From: Promethearchaeati archaeon
GTDB taxonomy: Archaea > Asgardarchaeota > Heimdallarchaeia > JABLTI01
Assembly: GCA_013166835.1 (NCBI GenBank)
Contig: JABLTI010000041.1
Span: forward strand, 1-24,600
Length of the DNA stretch: 24,600 nt
Direction of reading: 5' to 3'
The stretch's first letter is position 1, and each line of letters starts with the position of its first letter. The position numbers and the translations under genes are program-made. This document shows, piece by piece, positions 1 to 10,283 of the stretch. The notes under the pieces are model-generated. The model ran no database searches. It was given only the letters and a program-made list of their open reading frames with translations, and had not been told where the DNA came from.

Positions 1-1023
1 GCAGGTGGAACTGGATTAGAAGAATCAGTTAAAGGTATAGGTCTTTTTTCAACCGTTGACCCTAAAGCAGAACCAGAAATCCTACCTCAGAAATATCCAG
101 CATTAGCGATTATTAATGCTCATGGCGCTCCGGGACACATCACTTCTATGAAAGCAGTGCATTTACTCGAGAAACTTGCTAGAAAAAACGGAATAGCTAA
201 AGTCTATGTTTGCGAAGGCAATCATTTTGGTGCTGCTGGGGTTTGGAGTGAAATGATTGCAGCTCAAGGAGATTTGATTGGAACTGTAACTTGCACTACT
301 TCTGCTCTTGTGAAACCTATGGGTGATGATCCAAAAGGTTTAGATTATACTAAAGGAGCAGGAACTGAAGTAAGAATTGGAACAAACCCAATAGCTGTTT
401 CTGTCCCACACAAAGATGGAATTATGACAGTTGATATGGCTTTAACCCGGATGGCTGCAAATTACTGTATTAAAGCTTACAAAACTGGAGAAATGCTTAC
501 AATACCAGAGTATGCTGCTGATAAGGATTATAAATCAACACTTGATCCAAAAGATTTCATTATGAGGGAAGAAAGTGGTAAGCAATATTTGACTGGGAGT
601 ATTTTTCCACTTGGTTCTACACAAGCAGGATACAAAGGAGATGCATTGTTAAGGATGATTGAGGTTGAACATTCTGTCTATGGTGGACCAATTGAAAAAC
701 TTACAGTCGGAGAAAAAAAGCAAAGAGTTTCATTAGCTTTCCAAGCACAGGTTATTGACAGTCTTTTCACAGAAGAGGAAGCTCGAAACCGCGTCCGAAA
801 ACTTATGTCAGATTATGAGTCAAATTATTTTGGTGAAGCAACAAGATGGCCAGGAGATCGATCAACGGAAGCTTGTGAGTATTCCATGAAAGAAGGCATT
901 CCATATAGTCATGGACAAATTGAAATGTTGAAAAAAGCAGCTAAACACGTTGGTTTAAATTTTGATGAAATAATTACCTCGATTGGAAAGAAATCTTATC
1001 CATCTAGTATCTTCAAAAAATAA
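1..1023 (+). CDS. Ldh_2-family (malate/L-lactate/L-sulfolactate dehydrogenase-like) oxidoreductase, 5'-truncated by window edge
   Basis: Frame is open from base 1 (AGGTGLEESVKG...HGAPGHITSMKAV). Family motifs NHFGAAG, GTNPIA, DMA, PLG...GYKG and PGDR occur in the expected order. Confidence 0.85.
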   Translation, partial: AGGTGLEESVKGIGLFSTVDPKAEPEILPQKYPALAIINAHGAPGHITSMKAVHLLEKLARKNGIAKVYVCEGNHFGAAGVWSEMIAAQGDLIGTVTCTTSALVKPMGDDPKGLDYTKGAGTEVRIGTNPIAVSVPHKDGIMTVDMALTRMAANYCIKAYKTGEMLTIPEYAADKDYKSTLDPKDFIMREESGKQYLTGSIFPLGSTQAGYKGDALLRMIEVEHSVYGGPIEKLTVGEKKQRVSLAFQAQVIDSLFTEEEARNRVRKLMSDYESNYFGEATRWPGDRSTEACEYSMKEGIPYSHGQIEMLKKAAKHVGLNFDEIITSIGKKSYPSSIFKK

Positions 1024-1041
1024 TCTTACTTGCATCATTTA

Positions 1042-2214
1042 TTATTCATATGGATTTTGAAGTGGATAAAGATCAGTATTATTACTTCCACTAATATCAT
1101 AAGTTATTCCTGGAACCCAAACTAATTCCGACCAAAAGTTTCCTTCATTGATTAAAGAATTAAACCAAGTATTTTGTCCGAAATAACTATTGACAGTACT
1201 GTCATCTTTAGCTTGTGCATCCATAAGAATTGGACCATCAACATTATTGTTGAAAAAGTTATTGTGATAAAAGATACTCCCAGATGAATGACTTATACTT
1301 ATTCCAAAACTAGTGTTATTTCGCAAGTGATTTTCTATAATTGTAGAATTGTGTGAATAACTAATAGAGATACCAGCTTCATTGAATCCACAATAATTAT
1401 TCTTTAACAATGCATAGTGACTACTAATTCCAATTCCAGAATATTTGTTAAAACTACAATTATTTGATTCAACTATGAATTTAGAATCTACAATTGTTGG
1501 AAGATCAAGATAGGCATCTATTTTTATACCGACATTATTTAAGATACAAGTATTATTACGTATCAAAACATTGTAATTATGAAAGAAATTATACGACACC
1601 CCATCCCAAAAATCATAGTGTATTCCAAAATTGCTATGTCCTGATAAGAAATTATTCTGTATAATTGAATTGCTTATGTTTCCTCTCAAAGATATACCAT
1701 ATGTAGCGTTTATACAGTAATTACTCAGAATAGTTGAATTTTTACAATTAGTTAAAATAATACCAACAAATCCAAATTTACAATTATTATTTTTTATACT
1801 AACTCCTGGGCTTCTGTTTACTTGAATACCAAATGCTGTACTAATCAAGGTATTATTACAGATCAATGCTGTACCATAACTAACATCATTTATTATAATA
1901 GCATCATCAATTGCTTGTATTGTACAATTTCTAATTACAAAATAGCTTTTTGTGTCACTTATTTTAATACCATAATCCTTGGTTGTATTTATCTGAAGAA
2001 ATTCCAATCTATATGGATCGCTTTCAGTTCCAGATCCAGGCAAATTATATCTTCTTTTGAAATCCGAATCACTTGATATTACAATTTCACCTCGAAAACG
2101 GTGTTTGTTTTGTGCATGCCAGATTGAGATCCAAATACTTGCAGTAGTAGTTGAAATAAGCATAATTACGAGAAATATAACTATTGATTTTTGCTTTGTT
2201 AAAATACTAGCCAT
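1042..2214 (-). CDS. NosD/CASH parallel beta-helix surface protein with N-terminal membrane anchor
   Basis: N-terminal hydrophobic helix, GSGTESDPY motif, repeated GIxI...I.NN units, C-terminal GNFWS...DLYPL. Start placed at ATG 2214 behind a GAGGGTGA SD; the ORF track starts at 2247. Confidence 0.85.
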   Translation of the reverse strand: MASILTKQKSIVIFLVIMLISTTTASIWISIWHAQNKHRFRGEIVISSDSDFKRRYNLPGSGTESDPYRLEFLQINTTKDYGIKISDTKSYFVIRNCTIQAIDDAIIINDVSYGTALICNNTLISTAFGIQVNRSPGVSIKNNNCKFGFVGIILTNCKNSTILSNYCINATYGISLRGNISNSIIQNNFLSGHSNFGIHYDFWDGVSYNFFHNYNVLIRNNTCILNNVGIKIDAYLDLPTIVDSKFIVESNNCSFNKYSGIGISSHYALLKNNYCGFNEAGISISYSHNSTIIENHLRNNTSFGISISHSSGSIFYHNNFFNNNVDGPILMDAQAKDDSTVNSYFGQNTWFNSLINEGNFWSELVWVPGITYDISGSNNTDLYPLQNPYE

Positions 2215-2218
2215 TTTC

Positions 2219-2653
2219 TCACTCACCCTCGGTTTTAACTTGATCATGTTTCTTTAATAATTTTCTACGTTTAATGAACCAAGCCAAAGATGTTGCAAAA
2301 ACAATAAATGTAACAGTAAGAATGACATACAGAGCAATCATTAATTTGTAATCTCTAAAGGTATAAAATGAAATTGAATCTGTTATTGATAAAAAGATAA
2401 ACATGAATATTAGAGAATAAACAAAATAGGATATACTTGTTAACCAAACATATGAGGTTATTTTTAGAATTCTATCTCCATGAAGTTTTGGATTTATACC
2501 ACTAAACTGAACAAGTGTGATGGCAAAGAATAATACAAAAATCCCACTTATGAAAACAATGAATTCTGTAAAATGCCAAATTGGGAGATAGATTCTAACA
2601 ATATTGTTTAAACCAAGATAGATCTCATAATCCAACAATGTTGTTTCTCCCAA
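2219..2653 (-). CDS. hypothetical membrane protein (about 3 TM)
   Basis: Three hydrophobic segments and a basic tail. Stop lies a few nt before the NosD start. TTG start uncertain. Confidence 0.6.
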   Translation of the reverse strand: MGETTLLDYEIYLGLNNIVRIYLPIWHFTEFIVFISGIFVLFFAITLVQFSGINPKLHGDRILKITSYVWLTSISYFVYSLIFMFIFLSITDSISFYTFRDYKLMIALYVILTVTFIVFATSLAWFIKRRKLLKKHDQVKTEGE

Positions 2654-2754
2654 ATAATTACAATATATTTGCCTAAAAAAATTTTTGATAGTTATTTCTA
2701 GACAGCTTTTTGTAAAATAGTTAAATCTTAGAAAGAGAATAAGTGTTTACTATT

Positions 2755-3276
2755 TCACTTCTTTTTTCTCTTAAACATAGCGATGAATATAATTGAACTA
2801 ACAGTTAAGATACTTAATGGTAAACCTATACTCAATCCTAAGATCATTTTTGTCCGACTTTCAGTTATAAAATCAACTTTTACAAATACATCTGTCCTAA
2901 TATTTAGAGCATCAATATCACTTATAGAAAAAACAACATACCATTTCGAGGTATATGGTATATCAAAAATTCCTGAATCTTGAAGTTCTAAGCCATCAGA
3001 AACCATTATACCATAGTCACCCAATTTGACATTGTATCTCCAGAAATCATATGAATCCATTATTTGGACTTTTACACCGACCTGATTGCTAAAGCTTCTA
3101 AAAGTCCAATTGATATAGCTGTTTGTTCCTAATTCATTAGTATCCCAAACAATTGCGAAATTTCCATAGGTCATTCTATAAGTCATTTCATAGCCATTAG
3201 CTTGTTCATAATTTACAATCAAAAAAGAACCTATAATTATAGTTGATAATAATGCAAACATACTTTTTTTATTCAT
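2755..3276 (-). CDS. secreted single-pass protein with a small beta-sandwich (GOLD/p24-like) ectodomain
   Basis: Signal peptide, beta-strand pattern INWTF...VKVQIMD...SGIFDIP...WYVVFS, C-terminal TM and KRKKK tail. Fold call tentative. Confidence 0.6.
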   Translation of the reverse strand: MNKKSMFALLSTIIIGSFLIVNYEQANGYEMTYRMTYGNFAIVWDTNELGTNSYINWTFRSFSNQVGVKVQIMDSYDFWRYNVKLGDYGIMVSDGLELQDSGIFDIPYTSKWYVVFSISDIDALNIRTDVFVKVDFITESRTKMILGLSIGLPLSILTVSSIIFIAMFKRKKK

Positions 3277-3394
3277 AGCTAAAATTCAAACCTTTATTTT
3301 CAATAGAAAATATCTGTCTTTGAATAAAAGTCTAACACTTAAGAAAATCAATTTTTTTTTAAAAAAACAATAGATTTCTAAAGAAAAAAAATGC

Positions 3395-3901
3395 TTATTC
3401 TTCCTTTTCTGTGAATCTAAGTCTTTCCTTCAAAGAAGGTCTTTCTTCAGGGTAATTGGTGCGATAACTTGGTCTTTCTCCTGCAATTTTATTTAGAGCC
3501 CAATTAGCCCACTCACGGACTCGAGCGTTTTCATCTTGGAGTGCCATAGAAAGTTCAGGTATTGCGGGAATAGCACGTTTCTCCAATTCCCCAAGAATTA
3601 CTGCAGCATGACTTTTGAATTCTTTACTATTATCTCTCTTCATAATATCTATAAGAATAGGTAGTAACTGGCTGTCTCTGTTTCCCATTTCTCCTAAAGA
3701 TAAAGCAGCCCATTTTCTGACTTCCCAATTTTTATCTTTGAGAGCCTTAGTTAATGCTTGTTTTATCTTCTTGTCCTCTTTTCCAGCTGTACCAAGCATA
3801 TATGCAGCAACTGCACGCGACTTCTCGTCTCCAGATTTCAAATCCTTTAGGTATTGTTTAACATCCTCAGGATTTATCTTGAGATCAGGTTTTTCAGCCA
3901 A
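3395..3901 (-). CDS. HEAT-repeat (PBS lyase HEAT-like) protein
   Basis: Four repeats such as ALKDKNWEVRKWAALSLG and ALQDENARVREWANWAL. Probable TTG start at 3901 behind GCGGTG. Confidence 0.85.
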   Translation of the reverse strand: MAEKPDLKINPEDVKQYLKDLKSGDEKSRAVAAYMLGTAGKEDKKIKQALTKALKDKNWEVRKWAALSLGEMGNRDSQLLPILIDIMKRDNSKEFKSHAAVILGELEKRAIPAIPELSMALQDENARVREWANWALNKIAGERPSYRTNYPEERPSLKERLRFTEKEE

Positions 3902-4137
3902 CCGAAACACCGCTAACAAATGTATTTAGTTTTAGTATCCAAAAATCTTTCTCATGAAAAAATAGAGAATTAGTATTAAAATAGGAATAAAATCAAAAAG
4001 CTCCTTTAATTTCTAGTAGTGAGTTTGTTTTATTAGAACGAGTCTGGTACGAGGATAACTAGTTCAGAGTTAGAAGTCATTGTAGCAAATGATTGTAGAG
4101 CTTGATATGAAAAAAGCTAATAATATGTGTAAAGTGA

Positions 4138-5595
4138 TTAAAGTTTAAACTCACAGTTTGAGCAATGATTTGAACTACGTTTGTTTTGTGTACCACAGTT
4201 AGGACAAAAGATCGAATCTTCTTGTTGTTCATGGACATCTTCTGAAATAGGATGAGTTTTATCATCAGTAGATATTACCTTTTGTTTTCTGACTCGAACT
4301 ATTGACAGTGTTATTAATGGTGCTAAAACTACTATTGCTAAAGCTATGGGTCCTAATGTATACATTAGAACGAGACCAACCCCCAAAGCATCTATACTGC
4401 AAGCTATTATTATAGAAATTATAGATAGTGTGCAAAATATTGAACTAATACAAAAAACAACAGTTGCGGGATTCATTTGCTTTATTCTTGTAAGAAAGTG
4501 TTTGCTTTTTATACTCACTTTTTCCCTTCGCCAAATTAGAATACCAATAATTCCAGCTAAAACAGTTGCACTTGCTGTAATTAAGATTATATTCCGATTG
4601 CGAACAAATGGCAAATAAATATCATAAATACTCAGTCTTAGTGGGTTCAAAGGATCACTCATATCAAGTATTAACATTCCATTATCATCTGCAGCAATGT
4701 AAAAAATGTGATCAACCACACACATTTCATTAATCCCTTCAATTACATAATACAGATCGATTGACGAGAGAGAATTGGGATTTGAAAAATCTACTGTACC
4801 TATTCTGCTACCATAACTGTGGTAGTATATTACATCATCACACACTAAATGATCCACTAATTCATCTGCGGCAATTGAACTTAACAATGAGATATCTGAT
4901 GAATTTGAATTATCATATACATGGATTGTAGACCAATTACTGATTATTGCATAGTTGCCATCTATTGAAATGTAAAATCCATTTATATTGAGATATTTTT
5001 TAAACAAAATAGGAGTTTCTGGAGTACTAATATCCAAAATAGACATTCCATCTGATTCCGTCAAAATGTATGCTTTATCTTCACTAAAACAGATATCATA
5101 AACAGAATCGATGTTATATTCACCAATTTTCAATGGCGATAGAGGATTACTGACATCTATAATTTCTAATTTATCCAGTGGTAGAAATAATAGATTATTT
5201 GATAGGTAAAATATACCAATATCAATTCCACTTTGTTTGTAGTTACCAATTAATTCTGGATCTTGAGGATTACTTATGTCAACAATCTGAATTTCATATA
5301 GATTACTTGACGGATTAAAAGCTGAAAAATAGAGATGATTATTTTCTTTTTGCATTTGAAATGAGGTATGATAAGGTAATTTCAAGTGACTTACAAATTG
5401 AGGATTAGCGGGATTACTAATATCAATAATCTGTAAGCCATCATCCATAACATAAACATAAGCGATATTTCCTGAAACATAAATGTCCATCGCAACTGTA
5501 CGTCTTTCAGCTGAAGCTAATTCTATTGATGTTAAGAATGAAAACAGTAGAATTGTAAATATTATGTAAAGATATTTTTTATTTCTGAATCTCAA
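4138..5595 (-). CDS. LVIVD-repeat surface protein with 3 C-terminal TM helices and a cytoplasmic zinc ribbon
   Basis: Signal peptide, about 7 repeats of GLQIIDISNPANP type, three hydrophobic helices, terminal CPNCG-x9-CSNC. Confidence 0.85.
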   Translation of the reverse strand: MRFRNKKYLYIIFTILLFSFLTSIELASAERRTVAMDIYVSGNIAYVYVMDDGLQIIDISNPANPQFVSHLKLPYHTSFQMQKENNHLYFSAFNPSSNLYEIQIVDISNPQDPELIGNYKQSGIDIGIFYLSNNLLFLPLDKLEIIDVSNPLSPLKIGEYNIDSVYDICFSEDKAYILTESDGMSILDISTPETPILFKKYLNINGFYISIDGNYAIISNWSTIHVYDNSNSSDISLLSSIAADELVDHLVCDDVIYYHSYGSRIGTVDFSNPNSLSSIDLYYVIEGINEMCVVDHIFYIAADDNGMLILDMSDPLNPLRLSIYDIYLPFVRNRNIILITASATVLAGIIGILIWRREKVSIKSKHFLTRIKQMNPATVVFCISSIFCTLSIISIIIACSIDALGVGLVLMYTLGPIALAIVVLAPLITLSIVRVRKQKVISTDDKTHPISEDVHEQQEDSIFCPNCGTQNKRSSNHCSNCEFKL

Positions 5596-5750
5596 TCAAT
5601 TGCTCCCTCTACTAGTTTTAATATTCAATTGTTTTAAAGTTATTTCGTAAAAGAATTAATTAGAAAAGGAAGAATAATAAAAACTAGTAGTTCATCATTT
5701 GTTATACTAGGCAAATCTGTTTTAATAGAATCCAAAGAAGGTTTCAAAAA

Positions 5751-6284
5751 ATGAGTTTGCGTGAGAAAAAAGAGATCATTGAACAAGAAGATATTGCCTT
5801 TTTAATGGAATATGGCAGTTCAATATTTGCATCAAATAAATATAAAGAAACAATAGAATTTCATGAAGAATTATTGAGATCGAAAAAAATCAAGAAAATT
5901 AATTTTCAACAAGATGCAGAAATTCATTATAGGATATCTTATTCCAATATTAAACTAGAAAATCCAGAGAAGGGTTTAGAAATCGCAGAAGAATATTTGC
6001 AAAAACCTTTCATCATTGAGCAACTACATCTTAAAACTCTCTTTATTCAAATGAAGGCAAAAGCTTTAGCAAAAATGAAAAAATTTGTAGAGCTAGCAAT
6101 TTTTATGGACCGAGCTTTAGCAGATACCCCACGAAACGTTATTTTATGGATTGAAATGGGTGATATTCAGCAATTACAGCAGAACTACAAATTGGCTATT
6201 GAATGCTATGAAAAAGCTTTGGAAATAAATCCTAACTTTACCCATCTAAAAGAAATTATCGAATATCTCAAGAAAGGAATATAA
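5751..6284 (+). CDS. TPR-repeat protein
   Basis: Clear C-terminal TPR (LWIEMGDIQQ...AIECYEKALEINP) preceded by degenerate helical repeats. Confidence 0.75.
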   Translation: MSLREKKEIIEQEDIAFLMEYGSSIFASNKYKETIEFHEELLRSKKIKKINFQQDAEIHYRISYSNIKLENPEKGLEIAEEYLQKPFIIEQLHLKTLFIQMKAKALAKMKKFVELAIFMDRALADTPRNVILWIEMGDIQQLQQNYKLAIECYEKALEINPNFTHLKEIIEYLKKGI

Positions 6285-6347
6285 TGCTCATTTCCCTATC
6301 TTTTGTCAAGTTTTATTAGTATAATTCGAATAGCTTATCTGATGGAA

Positions 6348-7829
6348 ATGACAAAATTAAGAATAACCGTTTTCTTGATGATTGTTATACTAACACCTTT
6401 CATTTCTAATATTATTCCCACAGAAGGAAATGAAGATAAGATTCTTCCTAAAAGAGACATTAGTTTTACTTCTTCACTTCAGACTATTGAACAAGAAAAG
6501 GAAGTTCTGCAACCTGATGATGATTTTGGAGACCAACAACTATTTTGGATTACTATGCCAGATTGGATGCAGGTGAGAGCAACTCTTCTTGCAGAAGGTA
6601 ATTACTGTTATATCTACATGGCAAATGAAACGATTGAATTACTGGGAGAAAATGAATCAATAACTAAGTGTGAAGCAATAAGAGATGCTTTTGATGCAGA
6701 TATTTATCCTAAAGCAATAGAAGTTGCAGGGCATCCTGATGGAGTATTAGGAGACATCGATGGAGATCCTAAAGTTACAGTTTTCTTAGCACCGTTAGTG
6801 CGGTATATGGGAAATGCATATCTGGGTTTCATAAATTTAGATCATGAAAACCCATCTTTTCCATACGCAAATTTAAGGGAGATGGTTTTTTGTGATTCAG
6901 AGAAGAGTGTTTATGATACCATCTTTATTACAATTCACGAATTTAATCATTTAATTTGGTGGAATAACGATTGGAATGATTGTCAATTCCTTAGCGAAGG
7001 ATTAGCCAATTATGCTGTTGATTATGCGGGATATTATTCTTGGGTTACAGATGCAGTTACCAATTCTTTCACTTATCATCCTGAAATTTCACTTTTATTT
7101 TTCGTTCGAGAGTATGGGGAATTGTGGGATTCAAGTTATGGACAAGCATACCTATTTGTTACTTATCTTGCAGAACGTTTTGGAAACGATTTTACTAAGC
7201 AATTAGTCTTTATCCCCGAAGATGGGGCAATCGGGATTGATAAGGCACTTGAGCATTTCGGTTATGATCTTACATTTAATGATATTTACCTTGATTGGAT
7301 AACAGCTTGTGTACTTGATGATCCGAGCTTCGATGGGGGAAAATATGGTTTTGAAACTGTTGATTATACTATACAAGCAGCTTCTTCTGTTCTCTTTGAT
7401 TTTCCGAGAACAAGAACACATTACTACTATGGTTTTGATGTAAAGAGAATGTATCTTCCTAGAGATAATTTTACACTCGTTATTGATAACCCATACCCCT
7501 ATGCACTTGGTGTGTCCATAGTTCTTGAGAATGAAAGTAGCATCCAAGTTATTCAAGAGATTTATCGTGAAAATTCAGATGAGTATAGAATTTATGTTGA
7601 AGGCAAGGGTTTACAAAACGTTTATGTTATCACTAGTTTAATGTCTGAGGATTCACCTGTTGAATATGGTTCTGTTATGTCTATGGATGAACTCATTTCC
7701 CAAGAGCTGAATTATAACTTTTATGAAGGAAATGTAGCAAATACTAGTGTAGCAAAAATAACTTATTCTTTATTCCTCTTCATACCTATTGTTTTATTTT
7801 TAATAGTTAAGAAGAAACGAAGAAAGTAG
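6348..7829 (+). CDS. membrane-anchored secreted zinc metallopeptidase (clan MA, M30-like)
   Basis: HEFNH followed by SEGLA third ligand, DIDGDPKVTVF, SYGQAYLFVTYL; signal peptide and C-terminal TM plus KKKRRK. Start could be 6342 or 6348. Confidence 0.8.
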   Translation: MTKLRITVFLMIVILTPFISNIIPTEGNEDKILPKRDISFTSSLQTIEQEKEVLQPDDDFGDQQLFWITMPDWMQVRATLLAEGNYCYIYMANETIELLGENESITKCEAIRDAFDADIYPKAIEVAGHPDGVLGDIDGDPKVTVFLAPLVRYMGNAYLGFINLDHENPSFPYANLREMVFCDSEKSVYDTIFITIHEFNHLIWWNNDWNDCQFLSEGLANYAVDYAGYYSWVTDAVTNSFTYHPEISLLFFVREYGELWDSSYGQAYLFVTYLAERFGNDFTKQLVFIPEDGAIGIDKALEHFGYDLTFNDIYLDWITACVLDDPSFDGGKYGFETVDYTIQAASSVLFDFPRTRTHYYYGFDVKRMYLPRDNFTLVIDNPYPYALGVSIVLENESSIQVIQEIYRENSDEYRIYVEGKGLQNVYVITSLMSEDSPVEYGSVMSMDELISQELNYNFYEGNVANTSVAKITYSLFLFIPIVLFLIVKKKRRK

Positions 7830-7855
7830 AGAGAATTAGAGGAAGGAAAGTAAAA

Positions 7856-8770
7856 ATGTTAAATTATGTTGTAAAAGAATTTGAACCTGGAATGGAAGAA
7901 GAAATAGTTAAGGTTGGAACAGCTGTAGCATCTAAATGGGTTTGGCCCTATCAACATTCTCTTGAGGGTTTTAAAAACATCATTTCACGACCCGATTTTG
8001 ATCCCAAGTTATTACTCTCATGTTATAAAGATGGGAAAATTGTTGGTTATGTTTTAGCTGGTATTGGTGAGAAATCACTGATAAGACCTAATTTGAAAGA
8101 AGACTGTGTTTATGCAAGAATATTTTACCCTAGAATTTTACCTGGGCATGAGGACGCAACTGATCTTTTAATGGAAGAGATATTAGAAGCTTTAAAGAAG
8201 AAAGGTGTGGAACTAGTCCGAACTCGAGTATCCTCAATGAGGGAAGGAAGTCTTCAGTATATTGAGAAATGGGGATTTACACAAAATAAAACTTATCCAG
8301 TTGGTTACAAACTCTATTACAATTATGAATTAAGTAAAGGGAAAATTGAACGAACAACAAAAGATGTAATGGAATTTGATAAAGAAAGAGATTTAGAAGA
8401 ATGCATAACTTGGGTTGCAGACTTTTTCATAGTTTCAAGGGAACAAGCAGAGAAATATATTCTTGACATTTATTCAAGAGAGGATTTAGTAGGTCATCTA
8501 GTAATTCGTGAAGAAGGTAAATTAGCTGGATACTGTTATGCTTGCCCTAATTCAATCAATGAAAAAATTATAGCCTCTTTCTATATCGATGCAATAAATA
8601 ATGATTATTTTGATCAGTTAATTCTACAGACCATTAATGCAAGTATTGAGAGAAATGCAGACTTTTTCCTAATCGATTTAGTTTATGGTGTGCTAAAATA
8701 CGAGGATACTGTAAAATCTCTCGGATTAACTAAAGTTGCCACTTGGGGTGTTTTTGAAAAATCACTATGA
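7856..8770 (+). CDS. tandem-GNAT-fold acetyltransferase
   Basis: Two repeats of GKIVGY/GKLAGY strand motifs, with YIEKWGF and VKSLGL end motifs. Confidence 0.7.
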   Translation: MLNYVVKEFEPGMEEEIVKVGTAVASKWVWPYQHSLEGFKNIISRPDFDPKLLLSCYKDGKIVGYVLAGIGEKSLIRPNLKEDCVYARIFYPRILPGHEDATDLLMEEILEALKKKGVELVRTRVSSMREGSLQYIEKWGFTQNKTYPVGYKLYYNYELSKGKIERTTKDVMEFDKERDLEECITWVADFFIVSREQAEKYILDIYSREDLVGHLVIREEGKLAGYCYACPNSINEKIIASFYIDAINNDYFDQLILQTINASIERNADFFLIDLVYGVLKYEDTVKSLGLTKVATWGVFEKSL

Positions 8771-8858
8771 ATGGATAAAAACACACTAAAAAGTCCTTAT
8801 TCGAAACTCTTTTTGTTAAGAATGAATTTACTATATGAAAAAAGCACATGTGGTAATC

Positions 8859-9443
8859 ATGAAACTCGAATGCTATTTCATTGATGATGAAGGAGAAGAA
8901 ACTCTTACTAAATTAGAAGAAGTGAGAATAACAACTGATTCTTTGGTAATCATCATCTCACACACTCATCGTCTAATCTATGTCTTTAAAGGAACTGAAA
9001 CTTCAATACGTCAGAAATTTGCGGGAGCAAGGAGCGCTTCAATGAAAAGGTTAGATCGCGGTTACAAAATACAACACATTGAGCAAGAATTTGGGATTGA
9101 TGATTCCTTCAAACCAATTTTAGGATTCTTAGGTGGAATGAAAACCCAATCAGTCGACTATGTTAAAATCCCCAGAAATATACCTCGCAAATATACAAAA
9201 ACAGTTGAAACAATGATGGCTTCAGAACCTTTAGAGGAAGCAACATGTGAGTTTCTTCTAGCAGTCAGTAATTGCTTTGAGATTAAAGGGTTTAGTAAAA
9301 ATGATTTAAGGACAGGGAAGTTTGAATTAAAAGAAACGAAAGGTGTTCCAGAGAAGATCTTTCCTATTGATAATTACATACCTAGACTTCTAATATCTGA
9401 AAACAAAATAGTAGGAATTGAATTTTGGAAAAAAACAGACTGA
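8859..9443 (+). CDS. Asgard gelsolin-like protein, one gelsolin domain plus domain X (1DGelX-type)
   Basis: SLVIII...LIYVFKGTETSIRQKFAGARSA...RGYKIQHIE matches the Asgard gelsolin pattern. C-terminal NYIPRLLISENKIVGIEFWKK resembles domain X. Start 8835 or 8859. Confidence 0.7.
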   Translation: MKLECYFIDDEGEETLTKLEEVRITTDSLVIIISHTHRLIYVFKGTETSIRQKFAGARSASMKRLDRGYKIQHIEQEFGIDDSFKPILGFLGGMKTQSVDYVKIPRNIPRKYTKTVETMMASEPLEEATCEFLLAVSNCFEIKGFSKNDLRTGKFELKETKGVPEKIFPIDNYIPRLLISENKIVGIEFWKKTD

Positions 9444-9500
9444 ATCACATGAAGCATTCTTACTCCAATTTTGCATATAATTGTAACATATATGTAAATT

Positions 9501-10103
9501 CTACTTTTGTTCCTGAGCTTCTTTACCTCTTTTTGCAGCATTTAATAAACTATGGAGTCTGTCAGATTCAGGATAGAATTCTAAGGCTTTCTGTGTGCAC
9601 TCTATGGATTTTTCAAATTCTTCTAGTTCAAGATAAATTACTCCCAAATTGTACCAAGTTTCAACTTTATCTGGTTTTATTTCAAGAGCTTTTTGCCAAC
9701 ATTCAATAGCGGATTTAATCTCACCTTTACCATAATACGCATTAGCCATGTTGTTCCAACCTTCATGATCCTTCGGGTTCTTAGCGACAACTTTCTTGTA
9801 ACACTCTATTGCTTTGTCAAATTCTTCCCTTTCTCGGTAAGCGTTACCAAGATTATACAGAACATCTACTTCATCTGGATCGAGTTCTAATGCTTTTTGC
9901 CAGTATTTATAGGCAGAGTCAAAATCACCTTTTCCGGAATAATAGGCATTTCCAAGGTTATACCAGGCATCCAAATACTCAGGATCTAGTTCTACAGCTT
10001 TCTCCAAACACTCAATTGCTTCATCTATTCGATCCTCTTGCCAGTAATCCACTCCTTTTTGAAAGAGGTCTTTAGCTTCTGCGATTTTATCTTTCTTAGT
10101 CAT
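9501..10103 (-). CDS. TPR-repeat protein (5 near-consensus repeats)
   Basis: 34-35 aa repeats such as AWYNLGNAYY...YWQKALELDP. ATG at 10103. Confidence 0.92.
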   Translation of the reverse strand: MTKKDKIAEAKDLFQKGVDYWQEDRIDEAIECLEKAVELDPEYLDAWYNLGNAYYSGKGDFDSAYKYWQKALELDPDEVDVLYNLGNAYREREEFDKAIECYKKVVAKNPKDHEGWNNMANAYYGKGEIKSAIECWQKALEIKPDKVETWYNLGVIYLELEEFEKSIECTQKALEFYPESDRLHSLLNAAKRGKEAQEQK

Positions 10104-10202
10104 TCTAATTAACCCGCTTGTCAAAAATCAATTTCTTCTAAATATACTAAGGAACTAATAAATCATTTTGATTGAATAAAATAGTTCATTAGGTGTTTTT
10201 TT

Positions 10203-10220
10203 CCGAAAATATATTTAAAT
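10203..10220 (+). promoter_or_regulatory. putative archaeal BRE/TATA promoter
   Basis: CCGAAAATATATTTAAAT about 65 nt upstream of ATG 10284, with a GGAGA SD at 10271. Confidence 0.4.
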
Positions 10221-10283
10221 CTGAAAACCTATTGAAACGAAATTTAGCATTCATAATAGGTAAGATAACAGGAGATAATATTA

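Noticed and set aside
3920-4137. Intergenic gaps (also 20436-20659) as tRNA, ncRNA or CRISPR
   Set aside because: No cloverleaf, GC-rich stem or regularly spaced repeats were visible.
9501-10103. OGT-like protein suggested by the Asn-ladder TPRs
   Set aside because: Only TPRs are present with no catalytic domain; consensus-like TPRs are common in archaea.
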